From NCBI GenBank assembly GCA_028718745.1, contig JAQULF010000001.1, forward strand, positions 31,666 through 95,665: a stretch of DNA of 64,000 bases, read 5' to 3'. Numbering within the stretch: the stretch's first letter is position 1; every line of letters starts with the position of its first letter. This document shows positions 37,371 through 47,901 of this stretch, piece after piece. The translations under genes were made by a program, and so were the position numbers. This DNA comes from Patescibacteria group bacterium. GTDB taxonomy: Bacteria > Patescibacteriota > JACPGU01. The notes under the pieces are model-generated. The model was not told where the DNA came from and searched no databases. It saw nothing but the letters and a program-made list of their open reading frames with translations.

Positions 37371-37753
37371 TGGACCTGGAGGGAATCGGACCCTCGTGCA
37401 AAAAGTTAAAAAAGCAGCCTCTACAAGTTTAGTTCCGGTTGGTATTTTGGACAGAAGTAACTTGTCCCGCCAAAGGCGGGAAACCGAAACAAAATAATTC
37501 TATCCTATCCTTAATAGTCTTAACCCCGCCTACCAAGGAATACCTGGGCGGGGAGCAGCCCAATAAGTTGACACCGCATTCATATCCTTGGGCGAAATAT
37601 GGTGCGATGCCTGCTTGTCGTTTTTTAGGCGAAAGCAGGGGCAAAATTTGTTTTGCCTTGTGTTGTTGTTTGATTAGTTTTAAGAGTTTACAAACATCAC
37701 TCTACTTGCATCCGCTTTTTTAAGGATCTTTTTGGCGATACCAATGCAGGCCC
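37371..37753 (-). ncRNA. ssrA: tmRNA (SsrA)
   Basis: minus-strand 5-prime GGGCCUG pairs with 3-prime CAGGUCC-A giving G3-U70; T-arm GAGGGTCCGATTCCCTC; internal tag frame GGC AAA ACA AAT TTT GCC CCT GCT TTC GCC TAA (GKTNFAPAFA) about 96 nt from 5-prime end; TATAAT just upstream. Confidence 0.8.
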
Positions 37754-37937
37754 CTATAAATATTATAGCATATTTTAGAGAAAAAGTAAGCAGTTTTGTT
37801 ATGTTTATTTATGATATGAAATATAAATTTGACTTTATCTCGATTTATTGTATATTATAGTCATACTGATTAATATTAGTAACTTTAATGATATTAATAA
37901 AATTAAAAGGAGGCTCGCCGAAGAGGCGAGATAAAAA

Positions 37938-38144
37938 ATGAAAAAAATGAATGTGGTAGATTGGGTAGCTTTTGTGCTAGTGATCATCGGCGCTCTTAAC
38001 TGGGGATTGGTTGGATTTTTCCAATACAACCTGGTTGATTCCATTTTTGGTATGAGCGGAATGGTCGTAAGAATTATTTATGCCCTTGTTGGCTTGGCAG
38101 CGATTTGGATGATCGGTTCTGCCGCTATGATGAAAAAGGAGTAA
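37938..38144 (+). CDS. DUF378 family small membrane protein
   Basis: VAFVLVIIGALNWGLVGFFQYNLVDSIFG signature. Confidence 0.65.
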   Translation: MKKMNVVDWVAFVLVIIGALNWGLVGFFQYNLVDSIFGMSGMVVRIIYALVGLAAIWMIGSAAMMKKE

Positions 38145-38217
38145 TTGAAAATGTTTTAATAAAAAAATAGTTCTCCAATGGAGGACTATTTTTTATTAAA
38201 ACAAATGTTCATAATTT

Positions 38218-38784
38218 TTATAAGGGAGTATCTGCATTTCTCATCTCCTGAACTTCGTTAACAATTTTTTCTAGACCCAATGCTTTGGTGATCGCCCCTG
38301 CTTTCGCATGGCCAAAAGCGCAGGATAACACTGTCGCGGCTACTGCAAGAAAGATAGCTAAAACAACAATTAATACATAAGAAATGTATTTTTTTGAGAT
38401 TTTTACCAGTTTTTTTTGCAACTCAATATCGTTACAAGTATGCGCTTTATAAATTACCAGAATATCAATAAAAATAACCAGATTAATAAAGCTAACCAAC
38501 ATAATCAGCTGCGTAGTAAGCTGAAAAGGAATAAATATGATGGGAAGTGCCAGGGAAAATGCCAAAAAATAAAGACCCCAACGGGTTAATCTGATTATTC
38601 CGATCATTCCAATAATAATAAACAGAGCGCTGATACCACTTAAAATACCGCGAAAATCAAGTACCAGAATATTGGGCAGATTCAAAAGTAGTGTCGACAT
38701 CCCCAGCAAAAACAAGACCAATGAACAAACTGTAATCGGATATTTAATCTCTTTTTTAATATCAATCTCTTTTTTGTTTTTCAA
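38218..38784 (-). CDS. hypothetical membrane protein
   Basis: 188 aa, 5 TM. Confidence 0.5.
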   Translation of the reverse strand: MKNKKEIDIKKEIKYPITVCSLVLFLLGMSTLLLNLPNILVLDFRGILSGISALFIIIGMIGIIRLTRWGLYFLAFSLALPIIFIPFQLTTQLIMLVSFINLVIFIDILVIYKAHTCNDIELQKKLVKISKKYISYVLIVVLAIFLAVAATVLSCAFGHAKAGAITKALGLEKIVNEVQEMRNADTPL

Positions 38785-38915
38785 TTTTTCTTTTTGTAGT
38801 ACTTTGGCTCAAGGCCTATATGAAAGGGATTTTATCTAAATTCTATAACTTTTGATATTTTTGTCAAATCATTATTTTTTTGATATAATAAGAAAAATAT
38901 TAGTAAACTAAATCT

Positions 38916-39674
38916 ATGGAAAACATTCTTTGGTATGTAGGAGGATTTTTGTTCGTTCTGATTTGCGCATCGATCAAAGTCGTTCAGCAGTATGAAAAAG
39001 GCGTCGTTTTTCTTTTCGGAAAAGTAACCGGAGAAAAAGCCCCGGGATTGCGTTGGGTCTGGCCAATTGTTGAGAGTATGCGAAAAGTACCCCTAAGAAT
39101 TGTAACTATGCCGATTCCTTCGCAAAAAATTATTACCAAAGATAATGTGTCCATTGATGTAGCGGCAGTGGCCTATTTTAAGGTGGTGGACGCGACTAAA
39201 TCAATTGTGGCAATCCAAGATGTTTATAGCGCCGTCAACCAGATCGCGCAAACAACTGTCAGAAATATCGTAGGACAATTTCGACTGGATGAAATATTGT
39301 CCGATACCGCCAAAATTAACGAGCAAATCAGCGGTATCATCGATACCCACACGGAACCTTGGGGTATATTGGTTACTACCGTAGAGATCAAAGATATTCA
39401 ATTGCCCGAAGGAATGCAAAGAGCGATGGCGAAAGAGGCCGAAGCGGAAAGAGAAAAAAGAGCTAAAATTATCTCCGCTGAAGGAGAACTTTTGGCAGCC
39501 GACAAACTTGGCCAAGCCTCTGATATTATTGCCAAGCATCCGATCGCTTTGCAACTTCGTAATCTCCAAGTTCTCTCCGAAATCGCCGTTGAGAAAAATT
39601 CAACTATAATATTTCCGAACCAATTTATGAATACAGTTAGCGAGATTAAAAAGTTTTTTGGAGGAGAGAAATAA
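38916..39674 (+). CDS. SPFH/band 7 (stomatin-like) protein
   Basis: N-terminal TM then [31 protein letters not shown] and [16 protein letters not shown] coiled coil. Confidence 0.85.
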   Translation: MENILWYVGGFLFVLICASIKVVQQYEKGVVFLFGKVTGEKAPGLRWVWPIVESMRKVPLRIVTMPIPSQKIITKDNVSIDVAAVAYFKVVDATKSIVAIQDVYSAVNQIAQTTVRNIVGQFRLDEILSDTAKINEQISGIIDTHTEPWGILVTTVEIKDIQLPEGMQRAMAKEAEAEREKRAKIISAEGELLAADKLGQASDIIAKHPIALQLRNLQVLSEIAVEKNSTIIFPNQFMNTVSEIKKFFGGEK

Positions 39675-40383
39675 AGAAATCCACATTAAGCAATTAAATT
39701 TTATGAAACTAAAAACACTTGGCGACTTAAAATCAAGACCTTGGTATAGATTATTGCAAGTTTTTTATACGATTGCTTTCGTTTTGGCGATTGTTTTGAC
39801 TATCGGCATAACGATTGCTGAGAGTATCACAGAAGGTTCAAGAAAGGAAGCTGAACACACCATGGTTAATTGTAATAACGGAAATAAGTATTTATTAAAA
39901 GATATATTAAACAATGTAAATACTTATAGCGATTATATTAATATCTACGAAATAAAGGCTACTTGTATAAGAGGACTCGGCGCGGATTTGTATGATTATC
40001 CAATTACCACACACGCAAAACCTAAGGCTAATAGCTTATTATATCCAAGTCTTCGCAGCACCATAACCACTCCGACTGAATATGTAACTGAACCAACCCA
40101 AACAAAAAATAGCGAGATTGATAAAATGCCTCAAAATTACATGATTGAATGGAGCTATCACAGTTGGGCGCTTATAGTTTTGCTGGGTTTTCTGATATTA
40201 TTGGCCGTAATAATCGTTTTTGAATTTATAAAAAGATGCTTCTACTACATTATTTTGGGTAAGATATTCCCACCAAAAGGACATCTAAAGGAATTTGATG
40301 ACGAGTTGGTATGCCCTACCTGCAACAATGCCATATCTCAAGATGATAAATTCTGCGAGAAATGCGGCAAGAAAACAAGATAA
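39658..40383 (+). CDS. hypothetical membrane protein with C-terminal zinc ribbon
   Basis: [21 protein letters not shown]; two TM helices. Confidence 0.45.
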   Translation: MEERNKEIHIKQLNFMKLKTLGDLKSRPWYRLLQVFYTIAFVLAIVLTIGITIAESITEGSRKEAEHTMVNCNNGNKYLLKDILNNVNTYSDYINIYEIKATCIRGLGADLYDYPITTHAKPKANSLLYPSLRSTITTPTEYVTEPTQTKNSEIDKMPQNYMIEWSYHSWALIVLLGFLILLAVIIVFEFIKRCFYYIILGKIFPPKGHLKEFDDELVCPTCNNAISQDDKFCEKCGKKTR

Positions 40384-40401
40384 TATCATAATTATCAAAA
40401 T

Positions 40402-41259
40402 ATGTTCTGCAAACAATGCGGTACAAAAATAGGCGAAGATGCGATTTTTTGTTCTAAATGCGGAGTGAAGACAGGTAGTGCAACTGATATTCCCCGAAAA
40501 GAAAAAACACAACCAATTACTGTGGTACCTGCAAGCAATAAATATTCTCACTTTTTGCATGATAGCAAAAAGGCAACCGAAGATAAGGTCATATTCGATC
40601 TTGATGGAAAAGAAGTAATAGTTTTTATTGAGAAATTGGGAATAAAAAATTCCGCTTTTGTCGTATCCGTCAACAGCAAAGAGTCTTACCGATGCGATTG
40701 GGAATCATTTGAGAAAAGCGGCAAAAAATTGAATGTAAGCGGTCATGTCGTTGAAGTAAAATATAAAAAAGTGAGCAACAGCTTTTCACTTTGGAATATA
40801 GTGCCGAAAGAAAAAGGTCTCATAGTAAAAATAGATGGAAAGTCTTTAAGGGGAACTGTTGGCGATCCAATCAAAAAGATTGAAGAAGCGGGAGGAGCTC
40901 TCGCGTTTTACATAATCAGTATTATACTGACATGGATATTTATGATTTCATCAACTTCGGATCCTGCTTTGCTCTCTCTTGTCTCATTCTTTTCGCTAGT
41001 TTTAGTTTTGTTCATAATGTACCTGATAATATACAGAAAATCTTTGGTGGGTTTATTGTTGGGTACCGTTCTCGCTATGATAGAATTAATTACATGGTTT
41101 GACAGTACTGCAAGTAGCAGTAAAACCTCATCAGGAGCCATGGTAGTCTGGGCGATACTTCGAATAGGAATAATTTATTATTTGATTAATGGCATTATCG
41201 CTGCTATAAAGGTTATGAAATATAATAGAAAAAATAGATCTTTGGTCGGAGAAAAATAA
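40402..41259 (+). CDS. hypothetical membrane protein with N-terminal zinc ribbon
   Basis: MFCKQCGTKIGEDAIFCSKCG; C-terminal TM helices. Confidence 0.5.
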   Translation: MFCKQCGTKIGEDAIFCSKCGVKTGSATDIPRKEKTQPITVVPASNKYSHFLHDSKKATEDKVIFDLDGKEVIVFIEKLGIKNSAFVVSVNSKESYRCDWESFEKSGKKLNVSGHVVEVKYKKVSNSFSLWNIVPKEKGLIVKIDGKSLRGTVGDPIKKIEEAGGALAFYIISIILTWIFMISSTSDPALLSLVSFFSLVLVLFIMYLIIYRKSLVGLLLGTVLAMIELITWFDSTASSSKTSSGAMVVWAILRIGIIYYLINGIIAAIKVMKYNRKNRSLVGEK

Positions 41260-41268
41260 ACAAAAACT

Positions 41269-41610
41269 ATGCCAAACATTTTACAGCCAATTGTTATCAT
41301 TTTAGCGGGCGTATCAATCGGCGTTGCTGATTTTTTGATTAAAAAAATAGCTCTGAAAGGAGGTTTTCTACTTGCGTTGAAGGATCCATGGATGATCGCT
41401 ATAATTGTTCTCTATTTTATTCAAATAGCTTTTCTCTTTTATGTCTTTAGAAATCAAGGAAAGATCGGTATCGTTGGAAATTTGCAAATGGTATTTTATT
41501 CTCTAACAGTTGTTATTCTGGGATTAGTCGTCTTCGGTGAAAAAATTTCGATTGTCCAAGGAGTGGGAATACTTCTAGCAGTAATTGGCGCGATATTAAT
41601 GAGTGTTTAA
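41269..41610 (+). CDS. small EamA/SMR-like 4-TM membrane protein
   Basis: 113 aa, four TM helices, DMT-superfamily-like. Confidence 0.5.
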   Translation: MPNILQPIVIILAGVSIGVADFLIKKIALKGGFLLALKDPWMIAIIVLYFIQIAFLFYVFRNQGKIGIVGNLQMVFYSLTVVILGLVVFGEKISIVQGVGILLAVIGAILMSV

Positions 41611-41624
41611 TTAACTTTATTTTT

Positions 41625-42272
41625 ATGAAAAAAATCATCGCAATTATTGTTTTAATTTTAATTATCATTGGTGGCATTTTGGTTTGGAGTTCTTATTCTA
41701 ATAAACCAAAAGGCCAACCGGTTAGTCCGGCTGTTTGCACACAAGAGGCAAAACAATGTCCGGATGGATCTTTCGTTGGCAGAAGCGGTCCGAATTGCGA
41801 ATTTCAAGCGTGTCCAACAGCAACTCAACCGCAAACCAATGCCGGTTGGAAAATTTCTACCGACAAAACCACCGGAATTAGCTTCCAATATCCCGAAACT
41901 TTGGGAACAAAATATATTTCTACTCAAGAATGGCCACCAAAAATAACAATAAGGGATGATCTCTCTTATAGCTGCGCAGTGGGTACTTCAACAGTTGAAT
42001 CCTTTCCGCCAATCGCAACCTCATCCGCAACAGTTAATGGCAGATCTTATTGCATTACTGTTTTCAACGAAGGAGCAGCTGGCTCAATCTACAAAAAATA
42101 TAGTTACTATACCGATTATAATGGCGGAATAATCTATGCTGATTTTGTTCTTCAATATCCTCAATGCGCAAACTACCCCTATCCGCAAATGACAGAATGC
42201 AATAATGAGAGAACATCTTTTGATCTCAATAGTCTAATAGACCAAATTGTAAAAAGCGTGAATGTTAACTAA
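41625..42272 (+). CDS. hypothetical secreted protein
   Basis: N-terminal signal/anchor, Cys pairs CTQEAKQCPDGSFVGRSGPNCEFQAC. Confidence 0.5.
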   Translation: MKKIIAIIVLILIIIGGILVWSSYSNKPKGQPVSPAVCTQEAKQCPDGSFVGRSGPNCEFQACPTATQPQTNAGWKISTDKTTGISFQYPETLGTKYISTQEWPPKITIRDDLSYSCAVGTSTVESFPPIATSSATVNGRSYCITVFNEGAAGSIYKKYSYYTDYNGGIIYADFVLQYPQCANYPYPQMTECNNERTSFDLNSLIDQIVKSVNVN

Positions 42273-42455
42273 AATTATTATCTTTTCTCCACTAGAAACG
42301 CGATATAGTTTTTCCGATAAAAATTGACTTATGTAAGCAAATAATATATAATACTATGTATATTAGATATGTCCTTTAATAGACAATTTTTAAAGATTTT
42401 TTATTTTGATGATAATAAATTGAAATAAAAAAAATGAAAACAAGGAGATGGGGCC

Positions 42456-44450
42456 ATGAAGAAGAACAAGGCGGGTTCGGCTGTTCCGGTGTTGGAATAC
42501 CCGGAGATCGATCTGTGGAAGAGGAAATCGTCTCCAGAAGATTCCCTCCAGATCATCAACAAGGAAGATTTCCCATTCGATCAGATCATGGAAAATCTGG
42601 GGCTTGAATGCCGAAGATCGCTGGCAGGAAGCTTCGGTATTCGCGACATCACCGAGATCGTGAGGCGTCAGGAACTCATGAAGCTCATCATGTATGAAAG
42701 AAAGCTTTGTGAATTCCTGATCAAGGAGAAGAATCTGGCTACAGATTTCCCCCAAGATCACAACAGCTTCATCCAGTACCACAATCCGGACAGGGTTCAT
42801 AACCCCTTCTGGACAAGGATTCATGAACTGCTGGAAATGCTGGATAGGATGCCAGTTCGCGATGCGGAGCTCGTAAAGCTTCGCACCTTCCTGAAGTCAT
42901 CGCTCAAGTTCGAGGAAATCGAGCGGGTAATGGCGCGGCGCATCATTGAAAAAATGGATGCGATGGCCGTCATTGAGGGAAGTATCACCTTCAAACTGGG
43001 TAAAGCATTAAATACAGATAAGGTGATAAGGAAGCAGGTCTACGGATATCGCATCTACTCGCTTTCACTAAGCAACGCCGGTAAACAGCCATACCCGGCG
43101 TGGACGAAGCAAGCGGGCTGTATGAAAACGATCAAGATTACCCGTATCGGCGAAATCTATACCGACTGGCGTAACGATCAGGAGCTTGCGACGGCGCTCA
43201 AAGGCAGAGAAATCACGGATCTGAGCGAAGAAATGATCCGGGATATAAGCGATGCAACCAATCTGTTACTCCAGAATTGGGATGACAATCGCATCAAAGA
43301 CACAGAATTAGGGAGAGAAATCCGGAACAGGTTCAATGGCGGTATAGTTAGTGTGAGCTTCGCGTACAGCATCGAAGGGCTGAAGCTCCATATTTACAAT
43401 CTCGAACCGACGCCGGAAATCCGCTCCTTTTCCTATGAGTACCCCGTGTGTATTCCGCGCAGGGAGGGCAAGAAAATCATCACTATGCGTGCACGGATTG
43501 CGACGAAAACGGAACAGTTCATTCGGCAGATGAACGCGGGTGCGGTGGCATATTTTCTGAAGGACGGAAATATCGAGTTCTTCGATAAAGAGCACCGCGT
43601 CAGCTCATCCAGATTCGACGAAGAGCACAAGCACTTTGCTCTCCCGAATATCTTCAAAGATCCCGAGATCAAGCCGATCGCGGATGCATTGCTGAAGTTG
43701 CGCAGGTTCTGCGCTGACCAGTTTGAAATCCTGGGACAGCTCGCGGAGCTTGTCAGCAATTGCAAGGCGCTCGCGGACAGAATCGGATCGCCCATAACCT
43801 TCCCGGAAATCTTGCCGGATTCACAAAACATCGTCGCATTTGAGGAACTATTTCCCGTTCATCTGGCATTGCAAAATCGGGGCGCAGACAGTGGAAAGAT
43901 TGTGCCGATCAGGCGACTCCCGCCTGTGAACGGATCGATGTTGGCACTGACAGGTGCGCACGGCGGCGGCAAAACCGTGACCGAGCTGACGCTCGCCATC
44001 AATCTTTGGCTGGCACAGAGCGGTCTGCCGGTATTCGGCAAGGGTTTCAAATTCAACATCAAAGATACAATCGGGCTGGTCTTCATCAATCGCGGAGAAG
44101 GATCCACCTGTGAGCAGCTCGTGACGAAAATCATGGAAATCCTGGTTGTGCTCAAAGTATCCGACCACAAGAAAATTCTCGTCATCATCGACGAGTTGGG
44201 TACGGGTACACAGGAGGAGAGCGGACTCGAGCTGGGCAGGGATCTGCTCAAAAAGCTCCATGCCGAACACACCAGTGTGCTTTTCAGCACGCAGATTACA
44301 CTACTAGCGCAGTTTGCAGTGGACAATCTCGGCGCGCAGAGCTTCATGTTCGCGCCCGACCACAGCATTCTACCTGGCATCGGAAAGGGAGGCATGGAAG
44401 ATCTTCGATCGAGACTGGGAGTGGATAAACTGCTCTTGGTCGAAAATTGA
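42456..44450 (+). CDS. Large GC-rich protein with C-terminal MutS-domain-V-like ABC ATPase
   Basis: Walker A LTGAHGGGKTVT, Walker B/D-loop VIIDELGTGTQEESGLELG resembling MutS/MutS2 nucleotide-binding domain (GPNMGGKS ... DEIGRGTSTYDG); about 450-aa N-terminal region unrecognised; strong GC3 bias unlike host. Confidence 0.55.
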   Translation: MKKNKAGSAVPVLEYPEIDLWKRKSSPEDSLQIINKEDFPFDQIMENLGLECRRSLAGSFGIRDITEIVRRQELMKLIMYERKLCEFLIKEKNLATDFPQDHNSFIQYHNPDRVHNPFWTRIHELLEMLDRMPVRDAELVKLRTFLKSSLKFEEIERVMARRIIEKMDAMAVIEGSITFKLGKALNTDKVIRKQVYGYRIYSLSLSNAGKQPYPAWTKQAGCMKTIKITRIGEIYTDWRNDQELATALKGREITDLSEEMIRDISDATNLLLQNWDDNRIKDTELGREIRNRFNGGIVSVSFAYSIEGLKLHIYNLEPTPEIRSFSYEYPVCIPRREGKKIITMRARIATKTEQFIRQMNAGAVAYFLKDGNIEFFDKEHRVSSSRFDEEHKHFALPNIFKDPEIKPIADALLKLRRFCADQFEILGQLAELVSNCKALADRIGSPITFPEILPDSQNIVAFEELFPVHLALQNRGADSGKIVPIRRLPPVNGSMLALTGAHGGGKTVTELTLAINLWLAQSGLPVFGKGFKFNIKDTIGLVFINRGEGSTCEQLVTKIMEILVVLKVSDHKKILVIIDELGTGTQEESGLELGRDLLKKLHAEHTSVLFSTQITLLAQFAVDNLGAQSFMFAPDHSILPGIGKGGMEDLRSRLGVDKLLLVEN

Positions 44451-44491
44451 TTTCCGAGCCATACCTATTCAATCACTTCAAGTTCACAGTT

Positions 44492-44525
44492 CCGCCGCGG
44501 ATAAATCCCGCGGCGGATTTTTTTA
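44492..44525. terminator. Bidirectional terminator between MutS-like gene and typA
   Basis: ccgccgcgg-ataaat-cccgcggcgg then T-run. Confidence 0.7.
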
Positions 44526-46304
44526 TGTTCTCCTTGCTCTATTCCGATCATTCTCTGTGAGATACTTTTTTCTCAACCGAATACTTTTCGGAGTTATTTC
44601 GAGATATTCGTCGTCGCTCATTGTTTCCATTCCTCTTTCGATGTTAAGTTTAACCGGTGGAACCAGTTTGATCGCTTCATCATTTCCCGCGGCGCGGGTA
44701 TTGGTTAGCTGTTTTCCTTTGGTCGGATTAACCGCCATATCATTTCCTTTAGCGCAGTTGCCAATTACCATACCCTCGTAAACTTCAGTGTTGGCGTCAA
44801 TATATAATTGTCCACGATCTTGTAGATTCCAAAGCGCAAAGCCGAGAGCCTTGCCGGTCGCCATAGAAATCATTGAACCTAATTCATTTTTCTCGATCTC
44901 GCCAACGAATTCTTTGAATCCAATTACGCGCGAATAAAGAATTCCTTCGCCTTTAGTGTCTATGATAAATTCTCCGCGATAGCCCAAAAGCCCGCGGGTT
45001 GGTATCTCATAAATAATGCGAGTGTGTCCACCTTCAGGTGTCATTTCCAGCAATTTGCCCTTTCTCTTGTTTAACTTTGCAATTACCGTTCCTGACAATT
45101 CATCCGGAACACTGATGGTTACTTCTTCAAACGGTTCCAGTTTAACTCCACTCTCTTCTTTTATAATCACTTGCGGTTGAGAAATTTGAACCTCAAAACC
45201 TTCCCTTCTCATATTTTCAAGTAATATTGAAATGTGAAGCTCGCCCCTACCAAAAACTTTGTAGGAATCATTAGAGGAAAAATCAATTTTTAGCCCCACA
45301 TTCACTTCCAACTCTTTTTTCAATCTTTCTTTAATTTGACGATTAGTCACAAATTTTCCTTCGCGACCGGCAAATGGAGAGTTATTTACTAAAAAGCTTA
45401 GACAAATTGTCGGTTCATCAATTTTTATTTCCGGCAATGCCTCTTGGTCTTTGTCTAGACATATAGTTTCTCCGATAAAAATATCGGGGATTCCGGCGAT
45501 CATGACTATATCGCCTCCGTAAGCTTCGGAAACTTCTTGGCGCTCTATGCCGTTGAAATTAAAAAGCTTGGTAATCTTGCCATTGCGAACTGAACCGTCA
45601 GTTTTTTTAACGATCACATTGGAAGGCGCTTTGATGGTGCCCTCGTAAATTCTACCAACAGCAAGCCTACCCAAAAAATTATCATAGGCCAGATTGAATG
45701 GCTGAAAACGAAGTGGAAGATCCGGTTCTGATCGAGCCGGTGGAACCACACGAAGGATTGTGTCGAGCAATGGTGTTAGGTCAGAAGAATTGTCTTCCAG
45801 TTTTAATTTGGCTATGCCGTCTCGTCCGACAGCATAGACAGTTTCAAAGTCTAATTGCTCGTCGGTCGCGCCAAGATCGTAAAATAATTCAAAAACCAGT
45901 TCCTGGACAATTTCGGGACGGGCTGCCGGCTTGTCTATTTTGTTGATTATAACAATAGGCTTGAGACCAAGCTCAAGCGATTTTTTCAAAACGAACTTGG
46001 TTTGAGGCATCGGCCCTTCCTGCGCGTCTACGACGAGCAATACTGAATCAATGGAGCGTAAAACTCGCTCAACTTCCGATCCGAAATCGGCGTGTCCGGG
46101 AGTATCTACGATATTGATCTTGGTATCTTTGTAGAAAATTGAAGTATTTTTTGAGTAAATAGTAATACCGCGCTCTTTTTCCAGAGCGTTATTGTCCATG
46201 CTTACTCCTTCAGCCACAACGCCAGTCTGGCGCATCAAGGCATCCGTAAGCAAAGTTTTTCCATGATCTACATGGGCGATAATAGCTATATTCCTAATAT
46301 CCAT
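44523..46304 (-). CDS. typA: Translational GTPase TypA/BipA
   Basis: [27 protein letters not shown]; BipA C-terminal domain. Confidence 0.95.
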   Translation of the reverse strand: MDIRNIAIIAHVDHGKTLLTDALMRQTGVVAEGVSMDNNALEKERGITIYSKNTSIFYKDTKINIVDTPGHADFGSEVERVLRSIDSVLLVVDAQEGPMPQTKFVLKKSLELGLKPIVIINKIDKPAARPEIVQELVFELFYDLGATDEQLDFETVYAVGRDGIAKLKLEDNSSDLTPLLDTILRVVPPARSEPDLPLRFQPFNLAYDNFLGRLAVGRIYEGTIKAPSNVIVKKTDGSVRNGKITKLFNFNGIERQEVSEAYGGDIVMIAGIPDIFIGETICLDKDQEALPEIKIDEPTICLSFLVNNSPFAGREGKFVTNRQIKERLKKELEVNVGLKIDFSSNDSYKVFGRGELHISILLENMRREGFEVQISQPQVIIKEESGVKLEPFEEVTISVPDELSGTVIAKLNKRKGKLLEMTPEGGHTRIIYEIPTRGLLGYRGEFIIDTKGEGILYSRVIGFKEFVGEIEKNELGSMISMATGKALGFALWNLQDRGQLYIDANTEVYEGMVIGNCAKGNDMAVNPTKGKQLTNTRAAGNDEAIKLVPPVKLNIERGMETMSDDEYLEITPKSIRLRKKYLTENDRNRARRT

Positions 46305-46311
46305 TTTTTTC

Positions 46312-46472
46312 TGTCATCCTCGAACTCTATTTCAACTTAACCAAAAATATATATAAAAAAGTTGAAGAGAATATCAAGGATCTGCTATTTTATTGTGCTA
46401 AATTACTTTTTTTATTCCTGTCAGAGATCCTTGATTTCCTGATGAGTACATCAGGAGCTCGAGGATGACAAC
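46312..46472. repeat. MITE-like repeat element copy B with perfect 12-bp terminal inverted repeats TGTCATCCTCGA / TCGAGGATGACA
   Basis: left TIR 46312-46323, right TIR 46459-46470; internal hairpin cctgatg-agta-catcagg; in divergent typA/DUF456 intergenic region. Confidence 0.7.
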
Positions 46473-46607
46473 CAAGAAACAAAAAATCGCGACATTGTTC
46501 TCGGCACACTTAGCGTCGCGAAGTAACTTAATTAGTATACACAAAACCGCCTTTTTAGTCAATAGTTTTTGATTTGCGTAAAAATTTCTTTGTGTTAGAA
46601 TGTCGTT

Positions 46608-47090
46608 ATGAACAATGCCTTGCTTGTGATTATCTTTTTTGTACTTATGCTTCCCGGAATTGCCGGCGCATTTTTGCCTTTGCCGGGGTTGCTTTATATG
46701 TTTATAATTTCCCTAATCTACGGATTCGTAGATAAATTCGCGCATTTGCAACTTTGGGAACTGGGAGTCTTGGCGGGAATTATGATTCTTTCTACGGTTA
46801 ACGATTATCTGTCGGGCATGCTCGGCGCCAAATATGGCGGGGCAGCGCAAAAATCAATGCTTTATGGAATTATCGGAATGATTATAGGATTAATAATTTT
46901 TCCTCCATTTGGAGGACTAGTCGGAGTATTTGTCGGAATTTTAATCGCCGAATTGATTCGTGGAACTAATCAAGAAAAAGCTGTCCGCGCCGCCACCGGA
47001 GGATTGGTCGGATCCATTGTTGGAATGATCGTAACACTAGTTCTGGCAATTATATTTCTATTCCTTTTCACTATATTTGCAGTAAAATAA
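46608..47090 (+). CDS. DUF456 family membrane protein
   Basis: 160 aa, 4 TM, Gly-rich helices (GAFLPLPGLL). Confidence 0.6.
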   Translation: MNNALLVIIFFVLMLPGIAGAFLPLPGLLYMFIISLIYGFVDKFAHLQLWELGVLAGIMILSTVNDYLSGMLGAKYGGAAQKSMLYGIIGMIIGLIIFPPFGGLVGVFVGILIAELIRGTNQEKAVRAATGGLVGSIVGMIVTLVLAIIFLFLFTIFAVK

Positions 47091-47094
47091 ATTT

Positions 47095-47892
47095 ATGAAT
47101 GAGATACCAGAAGATATATATTTTCCTCCTTTTGAAAGACCTCCTTTTAAAAAGTTGGAAAGTAGCGGGATTCACAGAGTATTAAAGACTCCAAAGGGAA
47201 ATGATAATCTGCTAGTAAAAGAGATACCACTTTTTCATCAAAACCCCGAAGAGGTCACAATTGAATATAATAAAAAACGACAGCTCTTTAAGGATTTTTC
47301 AAAAAGATATGACATTAATGCGCCTGATGTAAATTATGTCATAGGTCCTATTTCGGAACTATCATATAAAAGAGGTGAATATGGTTCATCTTTATATCAG
47401 GTAAAGGACAAGATTCATGGGATAGAATTTAATGAGAACGAAAAAATACCCGGGAATATACCAATCAAGAAAGAAGAGTTGCCAAAATTTAAAGAGGATA
47501 CAGAAAATTTATTAGCCTCTTTATCTCGCTACTTTTTAGACACTTACAAAGAAGATGGTTTATATATGGATGATATATTTCGTCCAAGACAATATGTTTA
47601 TGGTAAAAGAAATGGGGAAACCAAAAATGAAATGTACCTGGTTGATGTTGACGACTTTAAGAGCTTTCCAGAGAATAATGTAGAAAAAAGGCACTGCATG
47701 GAGGATGGATTGATAGACCTAGCCAAAATGATCGTCTACTTTGAGGAGTATCTGGGCAGAATAAAACTTGGGAAGGCTCGTGATGAGTTATCAAAAACGA
47801 CAGAATCAATTTTAGATCAAGAACCATATAGTAAAGAAATATTGTATATGGTAGCAAATATTCTTAACCCAAAGAATAATTATAAAAAATAA
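47095..47892 (+). CDS. hypothetical protein
   Basis: 265-aa AT-rich ORF, no motif recognised. Confidence 0.45.
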   Translation: MNEIPEDIYFPPFERPPFKKLESSGIHRVLKTPKGNDNLLVKEIPLFHQNPEEVTIEYNKKRQLFKDFSKRYDINAPDVNYVIGPISELSYKRGEYGSSLYQVKDKIHGIEFNENEKIPGNIPIKKEELPKFKEDTENLLASLSRYFLDTYKEDGLYMDDIFRPRQYVYGKRNGETKNEMYLVDVDDFKSFPENNVEKRHCMEDGLIDLAKMIVYFEEYLGRIKLGKARDELSKTTESILDQEPYSKEILYMVANILNPKNNYKK

Positions 47893-47901
47893 AGTAATTT
47901 T

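Noticed and set aside
37429-37723. ORFs 37429..37644 (-) and 37439..37723 (+) from the six-frame track
   Set aside because: Both lie inside the tmRNA gene and are artefacts of its GC-rich structured sequence.
46437-46480. Possible hammerhead ribozyme (CTGATGAG ... GAAAC) in the typA/DUF456 intergenic region
   Set aside because: There is no proper stem II between CUGAUGA and GAAA, and no stem I/III pairing or GUC cleavage site in the right register. The CTGATGAG is better explained as one arm of the cctgatg-agta-catcagg hairpin inside the MITE-like element.
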